Shown: positions 1 through 10,856, counted from the first letter of the stretch. The stretch is 64,000 nucleotides of DNA from an uncultured delta proteobacterium (GCA_963845515.1 CAWJSR010000039.1:1-64000); one strand, 5' to 3'. Notes: generated by a model not told the origin, from the sequence alone. Made by a program: numbers and translations.

Positions 1-2
1 CC

Positions 3-2132
3 GTGACGCTGCGCCTCGACGGTCCAGTGACGACCACCGCGACGGCGGACGGTGACGGCCTTTATTCGTTCGGCTCGCTCCCCGAGGGGACGTACACGAT
101 CACGCCATCGAAGACCGACTACACCTTCAGCCCGGCCAGCCGCACCGTGGCGGTGACGGACGGTGACCTCACCGGACAGGATTTCGCGGCCACGCCAAGC
201 GGCGTGACCTTTGAGATTCAGGGCAGCGTCTCGTACACGGACAGCACCGTCGAGCTGAGCGGCGCCGCGAGCGCTGGGAGCGGGACGGACAACGTAGGGG
301 CGTTCACCTTCTCGGGCCTCGTAAACGGCAACTACGTCGTCACCCCCACGAAAGCCGGCTACACGTTCATTCCGACGTCTGTCGCGGTGACCGTCTCCGG
401 CGCCTCCATCACGCTGCCGCCCTTCCTGGCCAGTCCGTCTTCATCGTCATCCTCCCTTTGCACCGTGGACAGCTGGTGCTGGCAAAATCGACTGCCGCAG
501 GGGAACCACCTCTTCGCCGTCTGGGAAGGCACCTCCGGCCTCTGGGCCGTGGGCCAGGCCGGCACCATCCTCCACCGCACGGGCTCGTCATGGTCGCCCG
601 TTCATAGCGGCACCGGGAACCAGCTCAATGGTGTCTGGGGATTCGGCCTCGGCAATCTCTGGGCCGTCGGGCAGGCGGGCACCATCGTGCACGGCTCCTC
701 CGTTGGCCTGGTGCCCGTATCGAGCGGCACCACGTCGTGGCTCTTCGGCATATGGGGATCGGAGGAGAAGGATGTCTGGGCTGTCGGCGACTCGGGCACC
801 ATCGTTCACTGGGATGGAACGAGCTGGTCGTCCTTCACGAGTGAAACCACGGCGACACTGACCAGCGTCTGGGGAAGCGGCGCGAACGACGTCTGGGCCG
901 CCGGTGCCGCCGGCACCCTCCTGCATTGGGATGGCGAGTCGTGGTCCGCGACTACGAGCGGAACCACGAGCACCTTGGCCGCTCTCTGGGGAAGCGGTCC
1001 GAGCGACGTCTGGACCGTCGGCGACGTCGGAACCGCCCTGCACTGGGACGGCCAGAGTTGGTCCAGCTCCGTGAGCAACTCCACGAGCAGCTTGAGCGGC
1101 GTCTGGGGAAGTGGCGCGAACGACGTCTGGGCCGTCGCCAGCGATGGCGCGGTCCTGCACTGGAACGGGTCCGCCTGGGCGAGCTCCTTCAGCGGAAGCT
1201 CGTTCGCCCTCTTCGGGGTGGGAGGAGCCGCAAGCTCTGAGGCCTGGGCCGTGGGCGAGGCCGGCACCTGCCTGCACTGGGACGGCACGGGCTGGTCGAG
1301 CTTCACGAGCGGCAACTCCAATTGGCTCGCGGGCATCTGGGGGAGCAGCAGTACCGACACGTGGACGGTCGGCGAAGACGGCCTGATCCTGCACTGGGAC
1401 GGATACGTCTGGTCCACCTCCGAGAGCGGTTCAGTGAGCCCGCTCCACGGCGTCTGGGGTTTCGGAGCGGACGATGTTTGGGCAGTTGGCGCCCTGGGGA
1501 CTACCTTGCACTGGGACGGGAGCAACTGGTCGACCGTTCAAGGCAACACGACCAACTCGCTCAACGCCGTGTGGGGCGCGAAGTGGGATCTCGACTCGAG
1601 CGGCGCGTGGGCGGTGGGAGACGGCGGCACGATCCTGTTCTGGGACGGCGCTGATTGGAGGGCCGACTCGAGCGGCACCGCGAACCGCCTGTTGGGAATC
1701 TGGGGGCTGGACTCCAACAACATATGGGCTGTCGGCGAATTCGGGACCGTTGCCCATTTTGACGGCGATTCCTGGTGGAGCGACTCACTGGGCGCGAACA
1801 ACTGGCTGACCGCCGTTTCGGGCAGCAGCGAGCTCGACGTCTGGGTCGTCGGGCACGATGTCTCGAACTGGATGGGCGTGGTCTTCCACTGGGATGGGAG
1901 CCGGTGGACGAACTTCTCGCCGCCGACGTCCGCGCCCCTCAATGCCGTCGTGAGCCTTGGCCCGTCGAGCGTCCTGGTCGCGGGCGGTGCCGGCACCATT
2001 CTCTACTGGAACAGCCCCTCGTGGACGAGCTACGCGAGTGGCACGGCCCACAACCTCCATGGCCTCTGGAGCAGTCCGACCGGCTACTGGACCGTCGGAA
2101 GCTTCGGCACGATCTTGCACAAGGCGAGGTAA
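3..2132 (+). CDS. Surface/secreted protein (5' truncated): carboxypeptidase-regulatory-like beta-sandwich repeats followed by 14 ~39-aa Trp-rich beta-propeller repeats
   Basis: Two 'G.Y.F..L..G.Y.(I/V)TP.K..YTF.P' units, then 14 repeats of consensus L.GVWGS..DVWAVG..GTILHWDG..W. Confidence 0.8.
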   Translation: MTLRLDGPVTTTATADGDGLYSFGSLPEGTYTITPSKTDYTFSPASRTVAVTDGDLTGQDFAATPSGVTFEIQGSVSYTDSTVELSGAASAGSGTDNVGAFTFSGLVNGNYVVTPTKAGYTFIPTSVAVTVSGASITLPPFLASPSSSSSSLCTVDSWCWQNRLPQGNHLFAVWEGTSGLWAVGQAGTILHRTGSSWSPVHSGTGNQLNGVWGFGLGNLWAVGQAGTIVHGSSVGLVPVSSGTTSWLFGIWGSEEKDVWAVGDSGTIVHWDGTSWSSFTSETTATLTSVWGSGANDVWAAGAAGTLLHWDGESWSATTSGTTSTLAALWGSGPSDVWTVGDVGTALHWDGQSWSSSVSNSTSSLSGVWGSGANDVWAVASDGAVLHWNGSAWASSFSGSSFALFGVGGAASSEAWAVGEAGTCLHWDGTGWSSFTSGNSNWLAGIWGSSSTDTWTVGEDGLILHWDGYVWSTSESGSVSPLHGVWGFGADDVWAVGALGTTLHWDGSNWSTVQGNTTNSLNAVWGAKWDLDSSGAWAVGDGGTILFWDGADWRADSSGTANRLLGIWGLDSNNIWAVGEFGTVAHFDGDSWWSDSLGANNWLTAVSGSSELDVWVVGHDVSNWMGVVFHWDGSRWTNFSPPTSAPLNAVVSLGPSSVLVAGGAGTILYWNSPSWTSYASGTAHNLHGLWSSPTGYWTVGSFGTILHKAR

Positions 2133-2159
2133 GGGCCGGTCGCCACGGCGCCTCTCCCC

Positions 2160-4586
2160 TCAGTCCCCCACCACGATCCTCACCTCCCCGCTCAGCGTCC
2201 CTCGGCGCGCGAGCGCGGCCGTGACGACGTGCGTCCCCTTCTCCGCCGGCCAGCGGAACTCGTGGGGGTAGCCCACCTTCGCCACCGGGACGCCGTCCAC
2301 CAGGAAGACCACCGGCTCGTCGGCTGGGGTGACGCGGGCCGCGAAGCGGATCGTCGAGAGCTCGCGCGGCGTCTCGGGGTCGACCAGGAAGCGGCTGTTG
2401 GGGAGCGGCTCCAGCAGCGCAACCCGAGGAGCCACCTCCGGGCGCGGGCAGAGCGGGCTCGCGCGCAGCGGCGCCACCGCGAGCCGCTGCGCCCGCGCCC
2501 ACCCGGCGTACCGCTCGGGCAGGTCCAGCAGCGCCTTCCTGACCACCGAGCGCGGCGGACAGGTCGGCCCGGCCCGCAGGCCGTTCCGGACGTCGATGGC
2601 CACCTCCCGGTGCCACGGGCACTCCTCCACCGGCTCCGTCCCGGCCACGAAGGCCTCGACCCGGACGTGCGGACAGCCCTTGCCGGCGAGCCTGCCCGAG
2701 AGGGAGCAGACGGTCCGCCGCTGGAGCCCATCGGGGAGCGCGAAGGCTAGCGCCACGGGGCGGTGCGGCGCGACGAGCGGCATCAGCGCCTCCATCACCT
2801 CGTGCACCACCGGAGCGGCGCCGGTCTGGCCGGTCACCGCGGCCATCCGTCGCCGATCGTGGTTTCCGACCCATGCGGCGACCAGGAGCCTGTCCGAGTA
2901 GGCCACGGCCCACGCATCGCGGAAGCCCTGGCTCGTCCCCGTCTTCACCGCCACCGCGTGATCGAAGTCCAGCGGCCCCCCTGGCGCGAAGCTGGGGCGG
3001 CGGGCCTCCGGATCCGAGAGGATGTCTGCGACGAGGGCGGCGGACTCGGCCGACAGGATCCGGCGCGGCTCCACCGGAGGCTCGTCGGCGAAGCGCCGGA
3101 GCGGCACTGCGCCGCCTCCCTTCGCGAGGGCGAGATACGCGGCCGCGAGCTCCTCCAGCGTAGCCGGCAGCGCGCCGATGGCGATCCCCAGCCCTGGGTC
3201 GCCGCCACCGCCGGAGGCCGCCGAGAGGCCGGCGCGCGCCAGCAGCTCCTGCACCTTCGCGGGGGTCACGCCCGCCACCACCCTCAGCGCCGGCACGTTG
3301 CGCGAGTTGGCGAGCGCCTGGCGCACCAGCATCGGCCCGAAGTACTGCCGGTTGGCGTTCTCCGGCCGCCACGCGCGCCCATCGTCCGCCGAGAGGTCGT
3401 ACGGGGTGTCCTCTAGCTCACTCGCGGCGGTGTATCGGCCGCTCTCGAGCGCCGCCGCGTAGACGAAGGGCTTGAGCGCCGAGCCAGGCGATCGGGCCAC
3501 CCGCGCGTAGTCGATGGCGCCGCGCTCCTCCTCGGCGAAGTAGTCGGCCGAGCCCACGTGGGCTAGGACCGAGCCGTCCGAGGTGTCGACGACCAGGAGC
3601 GCGGTGTTGCCGGCGTCGGCGTCGCGCAGCCGCGCGAGGTTCTCGGCGGCGAGCCGGGCCACCGTCTCCTGCAGCTCCAGGTCGAGCGTGGTGGTCCGGG
3701 TGTGGCCGGCGAACCCGGCCGACCGCTCGGCCAGGGCGAGCGCGGCGTGGAGCGCCGCGACGTTGCGCCGGGGCTTCGGGACGAGCCCGAGGTCGGAGTG
3801 GAGCGCCTGCCCCAGCTCGTCCTCGCTGATGACCCGGCGCTCGCGCAGCGTCCGCAGGATCCGGTGCGCCCTACGGGTCGCCCGCACCAGCCCGTCCGGC
3901 TCGTAGGGGTCCATCCTACCCGGTGCCTGAGGCAGCGCTGCGAGGAAGGTCGCCTGCGCCCAGGACAGGTCCTCGACGGGCTTGTCGAAATAGAGCCGGG
4001 ACGCCCGCGCGACACCGCGCACCCGGTGGCCGTATGGGGCGAGCGTCAGGTACTGGCGCAGGACCTGCTCGTGGCCATGGCGCGAGACGAGCAGTAGCGC
4101 CTCGGCCATCTCCTTCACCTTGCGCAGGAGCGTCCGGCGCCCGGGTGTCTGGAGTCGAGCGGTCTGCATCGCGAGCGTTGAACCACCGGAGATCACGCGG
4201 AGATTCCGGACGTCCTGCCAGAGCGCGCGGACGAGGGAGCGCGGGCTCACGCCGGCGTGCTCGAAGAAGCGGCGATCCTCCGTCTCCAGGGTCGCACGCA
4301 CGATCCGCTCGGGCAGGACCGCCGGCAGCGGCCAGTACCCGAGCGCGTCGCCGTCCCCGGGCCGCTCCGCCAGGTAGGCGCCGCGCCGGTCGACGATGAG
4401 GAGCGATGGGCGCGGGGAGTCGAGGCTCGACTTCAGATCCGCGAGCCAGGCGGCGACGAGAAGGAATGCCAGGCCACCGAGCGAGCAGCGCCCGCGGGCG
4501 GTGCGGAGGAAGGCCCTCGCGCGAGCCCACGCCGGTGGCGGCCCCTCACCCAGACTCCCCGCAGGTGCGCTGACCATTAGCCTCAT
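2160..4586 (-). CDS. pbpC: Penicillin-binding protein 1C (transglycosylase/transpeptidase); start uncertain (ATG 4586 or 4577)
   Basis: EDRRFFEH and GGSTLAMQ transglycosylase motifs; SALK (SxxK), SRN and KTG transpeptidase motifs; C-terminal PBP1C-type domain; downstream of alpha-2-macroglobulin. Confidence 0.88.
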   Translation of the reverse strand: MRLMVSAPAGSLGEGPPPAWARARAFLRTARGRCSLGGLAFLLVAAWLADLKSSLDSPRPSLLIVDRRGAYLAERPGDGDALGYWPLPAVLPERIVRATLETEDRRFFEHAGVSPRSLVRALWQDVRNLRVISGGSTLAMQTARLQTPGRRTLLRKVKEMAEALLLVSRHGHEQVLRQYLTLAPYGHRVRGVARASRLYFDKPVEDLSWAQATFLAALPQAPGRMDPYEPDGLVRATRRAHRILRTLRERRVISEDELGQALHSDLGLVPKPRRNVAALHAALALAERSAGFAGHTRTTTLDLELQETVARLAAENLARLRDADAGNTALLVVDTSDGSVLAHVGSADYFAEEERGAIDYARVARSPGSALKPFVYAAALESGRYTAASELEDTPYDLSADDGRAWRPENANRQYFGPMLVRQALANSRNVPALRVVAGVTPAKVQELLARAGLSAASGGGGDPGLGIAIGALPATLEELAAAYLALAKGGGAVPLRRFADEPPVEPRRILSAESAALVADILSDPEARRPSFAPGGPLDFDHAVAVKTGTSQGFRDAWAVAYSDRLLVAAWVGNHDRRRMAAVTGQTGAAPVVHEVMEALMPLVAPHRPVALAFALPDGLQRRTVCSLSGRLAGKGCPHVRVEAFVAGTEPVEECPWHREVAIDVRNGLRAGPTCPPRSVVRKALLDLPERYAGWARAQRLAVAPLRASPLCPRPEVAPRVALLEPLPNSRFLVDPETPRELSTIRFAARVTPADEPVVFLVDGVPVAKVGYPHEFRWPAEKGTHVVTAALARRGTLSGEVRIVVGD

Positions 4587-4663
4587 CTTGGGCTGCGTAG
4601 AGCGGGAAGCGACTGCGCGGTTCGCGCCGGCCAGCGGGAATGTTCGACCTCGCTGGGAACTTC

Positions 4664-4705
4664 CCTCTCCCCCGCTCCGGCGGGGGAGAGGTCTGGTGAG
4701 GGGGC
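4664..4705 (-). repeat. REP-like hairpin repeat, left copy
   Basis: cctctcccccgc-tccg-gcgggggagagg (12-bp perfect stem) plus tail tctggtgagggggc. Confidence 0.85.
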
Positions 4706-4711
4706 CTCCCA

Positions 4712-4912
4712 TTCACTGTCCGTGAGCCGCTGGACCTCACCCCAGATGGCCTCGGCCACGCCTTCCGTCTCCCTCAGCACATCCAGGTTGGAGAAGCGAA
4801 GCGTCCTGATGCCCATGGCCTTCAGCGCCTCGTCACGCGACTGGTCATAGCGACGGCCCGCGTCCTCGTAGTGTTGGCCACCATCGATCTCCACCGCGAG
4901 CCGGAACTCACG
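4712..4912 (-). pseudogene. 5'-truncated DUF559 / Vsr-like endonuclease
   Basis: RLAVEIDGGQHY...DQSRDEALKAMGIRTLRFSNLDV matches the C-terminal half of DUF559; the N-terminal half (FRRQ...DF) is absent. Confidence 0.75.
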
Positions 4913-4964
4913 GAGCGCTGGATGCGTGGACTCACGGAGAGTGAGGATAGTCGAAAGGTACGAC

Positions 4965-5006
4965 GCCCCCTCACCCAGCCTCTCCCCCGCGGGGGCGGGG
5001 GAGAGG
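4965..5006 (+). repeat. REP-like hairpin repeat, right copy (inverted relative to left)
   Basis: gccccctcacccag + cctctcccccgc-gggg-gcgggggagagg. Confidence 0.85.
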
Positions 5007-5108
5007 TGCATCCCCAGGGCGCGAAGATGCGATGAATGGTCACCGCAACTGCAGGGGAGAGGTGTGTCTTCGAGGTGCCACTGCCGATCGCCCATCTGCG
5101 CTTCACCG

Positions 5109-8100
5109 TCACCCCTTCTCGTGTTCCCCGACCACGACGACCCGCATCCCCTCCCCGCGCCCCCGAACCTCCTGCCGGTACATCATCTCGGCCCACGGCG
5201 CTGGGTGGACGAACGAGCCCTCGCTCGCCGCGCGGACGCGGAAGTGGAACGAGTAACTGCCGCGCGGCAGCCGGGAGAAGTAGTAGCGGACCTCGCCGTC
5301 CATCCGCTGCACGTAGGTCGGCTGGAGCGAGTCGGCCTCCGCCGGTCGGGCGAGCGGCCCCGAGTTGGCGAGCGCCGGGTTGAGCGGCTCCAGCCCCGCC
5401 GCGAACGGGACTACCAGCGCGACCCAGCCGCGCTCCTCGTCGGTGACGAGCCGCGCGTGGACCTCGAAGACGTCCCCCGGCTTCACCTTGCGGGCGTCGC
5501 CAGCCTTGTCCTCGACCGGCGGCGAGACCGTCCCGTCGTCGCGCACGGGCGACCAGGAGCGCGTGACCACGAAGCCCTGGCGCAGCGCCTTGACCTCGGA
5601 CCCGGCGACGGCTGGCAGGTAGCTGTAGGCCACCCGGACCCCGAGCGGCGCCCCCCGCACCGTCCCGGCGAGCGGCTGCTCGGAGCGCCGGGACAGATGT
5701 GCCGCCTTCTGCTTGCCGTCGACCTTCAGCTCACCCGCTCCGTCGAGCGTGAGCGCCGCGCTCGGCAGGTCCGGCCTCGGCTTCGTCAGGTAATCGGCCA
5801 GCGCCTCCAGCCCGCGCCGGTTCGAGAAGGTGTCGCCGAAGCCGACCGCCGGCCGGGCCTGCGAGAGGAGCGCGTCGCGGACCAGGTCCTGCTTCGGGTT
5901 CTGCGGGTCGACCGCGAGGAGGCCGCGCCAGACCGACGCGAAGGTCGCCGGCGTGGAGCCCAGGTAGCCCCAGCCCCAGCCGCTCCGATCCCGCTGGATC
6001 TTCTCGGCGAACTCCTTCCCGTCGCGCAGCTTCACCACGACCGTCCCCCAGAGCTCCTGCTTGAGCACGTCGAGGTTGGCGCGGAAGGCGTCGGGGCGCC
6101 GCGACATCGAGAAGGCGAGGTCGGCGAGGCTCACCGCGTCCATCTCCGCCCGCCGCTGGAAGAGGTCGACGAGGTAGTGCTCGTCCAGCTTCCCGGCCCG
6201 CGCGAGCGCCCGCATCGCGCTCGTCTGCTGGTTGTAGCGGTAGCCGGCGAGGAACGGGAAGTCGCTCCGCAGCACGCGCTTGAGCGCCTCCTCGGCGCGC
6301 GACAGCAGCTTCGCGTCCACCTCCACCCCGGCCCCCTTGATCGCGTACGCGAGCTCCACCACGTGGGCGGTGAGCGCCACGTCGCCGGCGTTGCCGGGCC
6401 AGTACGCGAAGAGCCCCTGCGCGTCCTGATGGACCGCCAGGTCGTTCACGAACCGCTTGGCCTCGGAGAGCGAACGGGCGCCGTACAGGTCGCCGAGGCC
6501 GAGGTCGCGGAGCGTCCCGGCTAGCGCCACCTCCCCGAAGAGCCGGGAGGCACGCTGCTCCAGGCACTCGTGGAAGTAGGAGGACAGGTAGTCGAGCGAG
6601 GCGACGAGCTCCAGGACTCCCGGCACCGCCGTGATCAGCACGTCCTGCGTCGCCGTGCCCGGCACGCGGCGGCTCGGGGAAGCCGGCGAGCTTCGCCGCG
6701 CCCGGGCCGAACCTGGCGAGCTGCGCGAACCGCTCGACCGCCCGATCCGGGAGGACCGGCAGCTTCACCTCGAAGGCGTCCCCGACGCCGTCGCTGGTGC
6801 GCGTCACGCCCACCCGGACGTTCAGCGTCGACGGACCACCGACCGCGGTCACCCGCGCCGGGGCGAGCGCGCTGGCCGGCTTCCGCAGGTCGAGCTTCAC
6901 CGGGACGTCGGCCTTCTTCGCGTCGACCGGCCCGGAGAGCCGTATGTCCACGACGCCAGGCCCCTCGGCCCCTTCGAGCATCCGGGCCACGCCGCCCGGC
7001 CAGAAGCGGTCCCCCTCGCGGACGAGGCGCGGGAGCTGCGGCTGGACCAGCACCGGAAGGCGCACGTGGAGAGTGCTCTGGTGGACCCCGAAGCGCGTGA
7101 GCCCCGAGGCGGCGACCGCGCGGACGCGGAAGTTGGTCAGGTCGTCCGAGAGGGCCACCGGGACCACGAGCCTCCCCGTCGCCGGCACCTCCAACGTCGC
7201 CTGCCAGTAAGGGACGGTCTGGAAGTTCTTCCGGACGGTGCGCGAGCGGCGCCCGGCCTCTTCGTCCTCCTCGCCGCCGTCGCCGCCCGGCTCCTCCTCC
7301 TCCAGGATCCGGCCGAGGACCAGGTTGCGGGTGTCCCGGACGCTCGTTCCGGAGCGATTCCGCTCGATGAAGCGGGTGAGCGGATCGAGCGGCCCCTCCT
7401 TGGCGAGCGAGAGGACCGCCTCGTCCACCAGCCAGAGCGTCACCTCGCCGGCCGAGCGGCTTGCCTGCGCTCGTCCTTGAGCGTCACGACGAGCTCGACC
7501 TTCGAGCCGGGCCGCGCCGACCTCGGGGTGCTCCACCTTCACCGCGACCCGGTTCAGCGCCGGCTCGATCTCCAGCTCGAGGCTGGCGGCAACGGTCTGC
7601 GGGCGGTAGCGGGAGTCGTCCGTCGTCCCCTCGCCGATCCGCCCGCGCATCAGCACCACGTGCACCGGGAGGTTGGGCACGTGCTGCGGTCCGATCTCCA
7701 GCTCGGCCACCCCCTTGGCGCCCGAGACGTCGAGCCAGCGGTAGACGTTTCCGGCCGGCTCCTCGACGACCACCAGCGCGCGGGCGGTCTGGAACGGGCT
7801 CTCCAGCACCAGCTTCGCGGTCTCGCCCGGCGCGTAGCTCTTCTTGTCGGGGACGACGGTGAAGACGCCCTCCTTCGGCTTCTGCCAGGCGACGGGCCCG
7901 GCGCCGCCGACGTAGAGGTCGGCGGAGAGCGTCTGCACCCGCCCCAGCTTGTCGCGCGCGGTCAGCTCGACCACGTAGACGCCGGCGTCCTTGATGGCGA
8001 AGCGGGACCGCGACGGCGTCCTCCGCGGTCCGGACTGTCCTCTCGGCGACCTTCACGTCCTCCTGCTCGGTGACGTACTTCGCCTCGCCGGTCGCGAAGG

Positions 8101-10856
8101 CGGTCTCGCGCAGCTGGCTGTGCCAGACGCGCCGGTAGAGCCGGACGACGCACCTCCTGCCCCTTCACGCTCTTGTCGTCGGGCCCGACCGCGATGATCT
8201 GCGGGACCACCTCGCGCGCCTTCTCCAGGTAGCGCTCGAGCTTCATCCCCAGCACGAACGGCGGGAGCGCCCGGACCTCGTGGGCGGCGCTCACCTCCTG
8301 ATCGTCCGGTCCGGTGACGGTCGCCTCGAAGCGGTAGATGCGCGGCGAGCCGTCGACGTCGAGCGCCGGGTTCACCTTCATCGTGTCGGCGCCCTGCGCG
8401 TCGAGCATCGCCGTCGCGCCGGACCGTCGACGGCGGGCGGCGCCGCGCCGGGGCGCGCGAACTGGGCGCTGGAGGCGAACAGGAAGCCCTCGCGCCCCTT
8501 CGGGACGTGCAGCGTCGGGCGCTGCGTCACGTTCCACGCGGATCGTCTGGCCCGACGCGGCGCCGCCGGCGTAGTAGCGGGCGACCGCCTTGACCGGGAA
8601 CGGGGCGTCCAGCGGCGCGAGGGCCGGACCCGAGAGCTGCACCTCGAAGGTCGGGATCCGGTAGGCCTCGACCTTGAACGCGCGCTCGCCCAGGAGGGCG
8701 CTCCCCTGGCGCTTCAGCAGGACGACCTTGAACTCCCCGGTGGGCGGATCCTTGTCGGACCAGTCGGCGGTGAAGCCGCCGAGCGGCGTGAAGGCGAGCG
8801 GCAGCGCAACCGTGCGGCCGTCGGGCATGTCGAGGCGTAGGACGTAGTCGGCCGCCGGACCGGGGGCGAGCAGCCTGCCACCCTGCTTCTGGCGCAGCCA
8901 GCCCTTCAGGTAGACCGTCTCGCCCGGCTTGTAGATGGGGCGCTCGGTGAAGATGAAGGCGAAGAGCTTCTCGTTGGCCGGCGGCGGCGGATCCGAGAGG
9001 AGCCACTCCAGGAAGCGACCGGAGACCGACCAGTGATTGGCGGCGAAGCGAGGCGGCGCCTCGCCGGGGTCGATCACCAGGTGGTCCTCTCCCCTGGAGA
9101 CGTCGATCCGCAGGATCCGCGTCCAGCCCACGAGCCGGCCAAGCTGGGCGCGGCCATCGCCGTCGGTCGTCACCTCGACCGTCGCAGGCTGGTCCACCTT
9201 CACCTTTCGACCGCCCTGAACGACCTCGACGAGCCGCCGCCCGTCGACCCGGATCCGGGCTCCCGAGGCCGGCCTGGCCTCGTCGAGCGTCCGGACGAAG
9301 AGGACCGCCTTCTCGCGCTCCTCTGCCACGGTGAGCGAGAGGTTGGTCACCTGGACGCGCACCCAGGAGCGCTGCGGGGGACCGGCGAGCCGGCGCAGGC
9401 CGACGAGGTAGGTGCCCGGCCGGTTCTTGCCGACGACCGGGTCGAGCAGCGGCGCCAGGTCGAGGCCGAACTTGGTCGTCGCGGCCCGCTTCTCCAGCGG
9501 GAGCGTCACCACACGCGAGACGAGCGGCGACCCGAGCAGCCGGAGGTGCGCGGTCAGCTCGCCGCGCGGTCCCTGAGAGACCTCCGGATCGGCCGGCTCC
9601 TCGCCGGGGAACGGCGGCGGACGGTCCTCGTCCACGGTCACGCCGTTCTGCGGGAAGGGCCAGAGCCCGGCGTGGAGCGGGTCGAGCCGGAAGATCCGGA
9701 CGTCGGCGCGCGCCTCGCCGTAGCCGACGAGCGGCAGCGTGCGCGGCCCGTTGGCCTCGAGGATGGCGGTCCCCTGGCTCCAGCGCAGGAAGGGGGTTCG
9801 GGCCCCCAGGTAGAAGTAGAGCTCCACGCCGCCAGGCGCACGCAGGGACCGGCCGGCGTCGTCGCGGAGCGGCCCCTCCTCGAGCCGCATCCGGTAGAGC
9901 ACGTCGGGGAGGAAGCGCCCCTTCAGCGCCACGCGGTTGCCCGCCGCCTCGAAGCCCAGGTCGGGCACCGCCGGCTCCAGCCGCACGAGCCGCTTCAGGG
10001 CCGAGAGGGAGAGCTCCTTCGGCGCGGCCGAGAAGAGCAGCTCCGGCTTCTCGCCGCGGTTGCCGCAGGCGAGCGCCGCCTCGCGGGCGGCGGCTCCGCC
10101 GGCGACCACGGGCGTCTCCGCGGCGCCGCAGCGGACGCGGGCGAGGTGGAACGGGGGCTGGGTCGACAGCTTCCCCGTCCAGAGGACCGTCCCCTCGTCA
10201 CCCAGCGCGAGGCTGACCTTGATCCGGAGCTGCTTTCCCTCCCGGACCTCCTCCTCGAGGGTGATCGCGTAGGCGGCGGGATCCCGCTGCGAACCGCGGG
10301 GGAGCTGGGCCAGCCCGAACCGGTCGATCCTGACCGGACGCTGGTCGCCGAAGCCGGGCAGGTCGCGGACCTCGAGCGAAAGCATCTTCCGTAGGGACGC
10401 GACGGGCACCGCCTGCGGGAAGGTCAGCGTGAAGCTCCGGAACGGCCGCAGATCCTCCGAGCCATCGGCCGGCGAGAGCGCCGAAGGTGGCGCCATCATC
10501 GTGGTGAGGACCTTGCGCCCAGCGTCGCTCTCGATCTGGAACCGGGCGAGCGCGGGCCAGGGCTCGGCCGGTCGGAACTGAAGCGTCCGCTTGTCGAGCC
10601 AGAACCAGGCGCCCGGCCAGGCCGGCGCGATCCGGAGCCGCTTCGCCCCGTCGTCGGCGTCGCCGCGCCCCGGCCCCTGGTCGGAGCCGAAGTAGGCGGT
10701 GATGGGGTCGTACCCGCGAAGGAACTGCTCGGGGAGGACGCCGGCCTTCTCCGCGCGCTGGCCGGCGTCCGCCGGCTGGTACGCGCGGACCGGCGACGCC
10801 GCGACGGCGACGAGTGCGACGAGCGCGGCGATCGCCGCGTGACCCTGGCCCTTCAC
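5109..10856 (-). CDS. Alpha-2-macroglobulin family protein with thioester motif; ~7 apparent frameshifts
   Basis: FTERPIYKPGETV (MG domain), VDEAVLSL, RKNF..., LSDDLTNFRVRAVA, CLEQ thioester at 6555-6566, C-terminal RAASEGSFVHPAPWAEMMY; pieces lie in different frames; GTG start overlaps the upstream stop. Confidence 0.85.

Larger units (their letters stand above)
4541..5062. mobile_element. Foldback element: DUF559 remnant flanked by nested inverted arms with REP-like hairpins
   Basis: Inverted pairs 4555-4589/5024-5059, 4664-4705/4965-5006 and 4713-4726/4931-4944; mobility is inferred. Confidence 0.55.

Noticed and set aside
500..2120. ~117-nt periodic repeats resembling an array
   Set aside because: Degenerate protein-coding repeats with no invariant repeat/unique spacer pattern and no cas genes; not CRISPR
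2151..2160. cctctcccct after the propeller gene as another repeat copy
   Set aside because: Half-stem only; no complementary arm or tail
4561..5055. GCAGG at both sides as a target-site duplication
   Set aside because: Both copies fall inside the inverted arms and can be explained by the palindromic hairpin, so they are not independent evidence of a TSD
4583..5095. 170-aa ORF as an intact endonuclease
   Set aside because: Both ends are translations of the repeats, and the N-terminal half of DUF559 is missing
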